Shown here piece by piece: positions 63,532-64,000 of a DNA stretch of 64,000 bases (its first letter is position 1; each line of letters starts with the position of its first letter). The stretch lies in the NCBI GenBank assembly GCA_008632985.1, contig QPGO01000075.1, positions 126,517 through 190,516 of the forward strand. The letters run 5' to 3'. Made by a program: the position numbers and the translations under genes. The notes below the pieces were generated by a model. The model saw nothing but the letters and a program-made list of their open reading frames with translations, was not told the origin of the DNA and made no database searches. The stretch is from Psammoneis japonica. Taxonomy: Eukaryota.

Positions 63532-63807
63532 TGACAAGATTTGAACAGGATTCAGGTGCGCGCGAAATGTCGCGCGCTGTTTAGTTTGCCGCGCACAGTT
63601 TTGTGTGCTTTAGTTCCGCACGTTTGCGCGCGATGCAGTTTGCTTTCGAGCCACAAGGCTCACAAGAACAACAACAGCAGCCCAATTGTACCGACTCACA
63701 CGTCTTTTGGCTCCTGCAGCGGTCTCTGAGCGGAGACTCATCTGCCATTTAGACAGCAGCAAGGAGTCATTGTTTGAATTCTTGCCATTTGCCTTCAATT
63801 TCTGTCA
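63532..63807 (+). repeat. 3' LTR
   Basis: tgacaag...ctgtca; follows the PPT and is followed by the TSD. Confidence 0.95.
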
Positions 63808-64000
63808 TTTGTGGTCATGAGGCAAAGGGGGAACAAGGAATCCACGTGACTAGACCCCTTGAAGGTGTGACACGATTTTGTGAAAATGTTCGGTTCTGAT
63901 TGGCTGAGGGGATCTGTGTGACGCAGTTTTTCAATCAGCTCCCCACGTGTTCTGTGGTGCAAATGTGCATGCACTGTTCTGGTGCAAACAAAAAATGTTG

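Larger units (their letters stand above)
60744..63807 (+). mobile_element. Internally deleted CoDi-like Ty1/copia LTR retrotransposon (RT + RNase H; no PBS, gag, protease or integrase core)
   Basis: 276-bp LTRs (TG...CA) at 60744-61019 and 63532-63807. 5-bp TSD TTTGT at 60739-60743 and 63808-63812. PPT ggggag before the 3' LTR. RT YVDD and RNase H DNKSV / NPADILSK motifs; an in-frame TGA at 62034-62036. Confidence 0.95.

Noticed and set aside
52500..64000. Classical fungal RIP, or ADAR/APOBEC editing of retroelement RNA/cDNA
   Set aside because: RIP enriches TpA, whereas TpA is lost here. RNA/cDNA editing would be strand-biased and give matching LTRs, whereas these changes occur on both strands and differ between the LTRs.

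Overview
Eukaryotic genomic DNA, most likely from a diatom (inferred from short GT-AG introns, gametolysin/M11 paralogues, GRIP golgin, DRG2, ISY1, OSCA and CoDi-like Ty1/copia elements). About 45 kb is gene-dense: a frameshifted multi-AT-hook + CXXC zinc-finger gene, three M11 metalloprotease paralogues (one missing two zinc ligands), an LRR membrane protein with 7 tandem Ig-like repeats, a SET methyltransferase, DRG2, an FAD monooxygenase, an odd modular membrane protein flanked by ~180-bp periodic repeats, an inositol polyphosphate kinase, a bacterial-like GLUG/PKD protein, a VTT protein, a GRIP golgin, ISY1 and OSCA. The most striking signal is in two repeat blocks (~16.5-20.05 kb and ~52.5-64 kb), where TpA as well as CpG is almost erased and converted to TpG/CpA. 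Conserved copia tyrosines read as Cys or His. The two LTRs of one element differ only by transitions, mostly at TA/CG/TG/CA sites. Surviving TA sites are mostly in a YTAR context. This suggests a repeat-restricted, strand-symmetric, post-integration A:T->G:C hypermutation process, opposite in direction to fungal RIP and acting alongside CpG decay. Its mechanism is unknown, and a base-calling artefact must be excluded. All counts were made by eye. Scattered 1-nt frameshifts in several genes are probably assembly errors.
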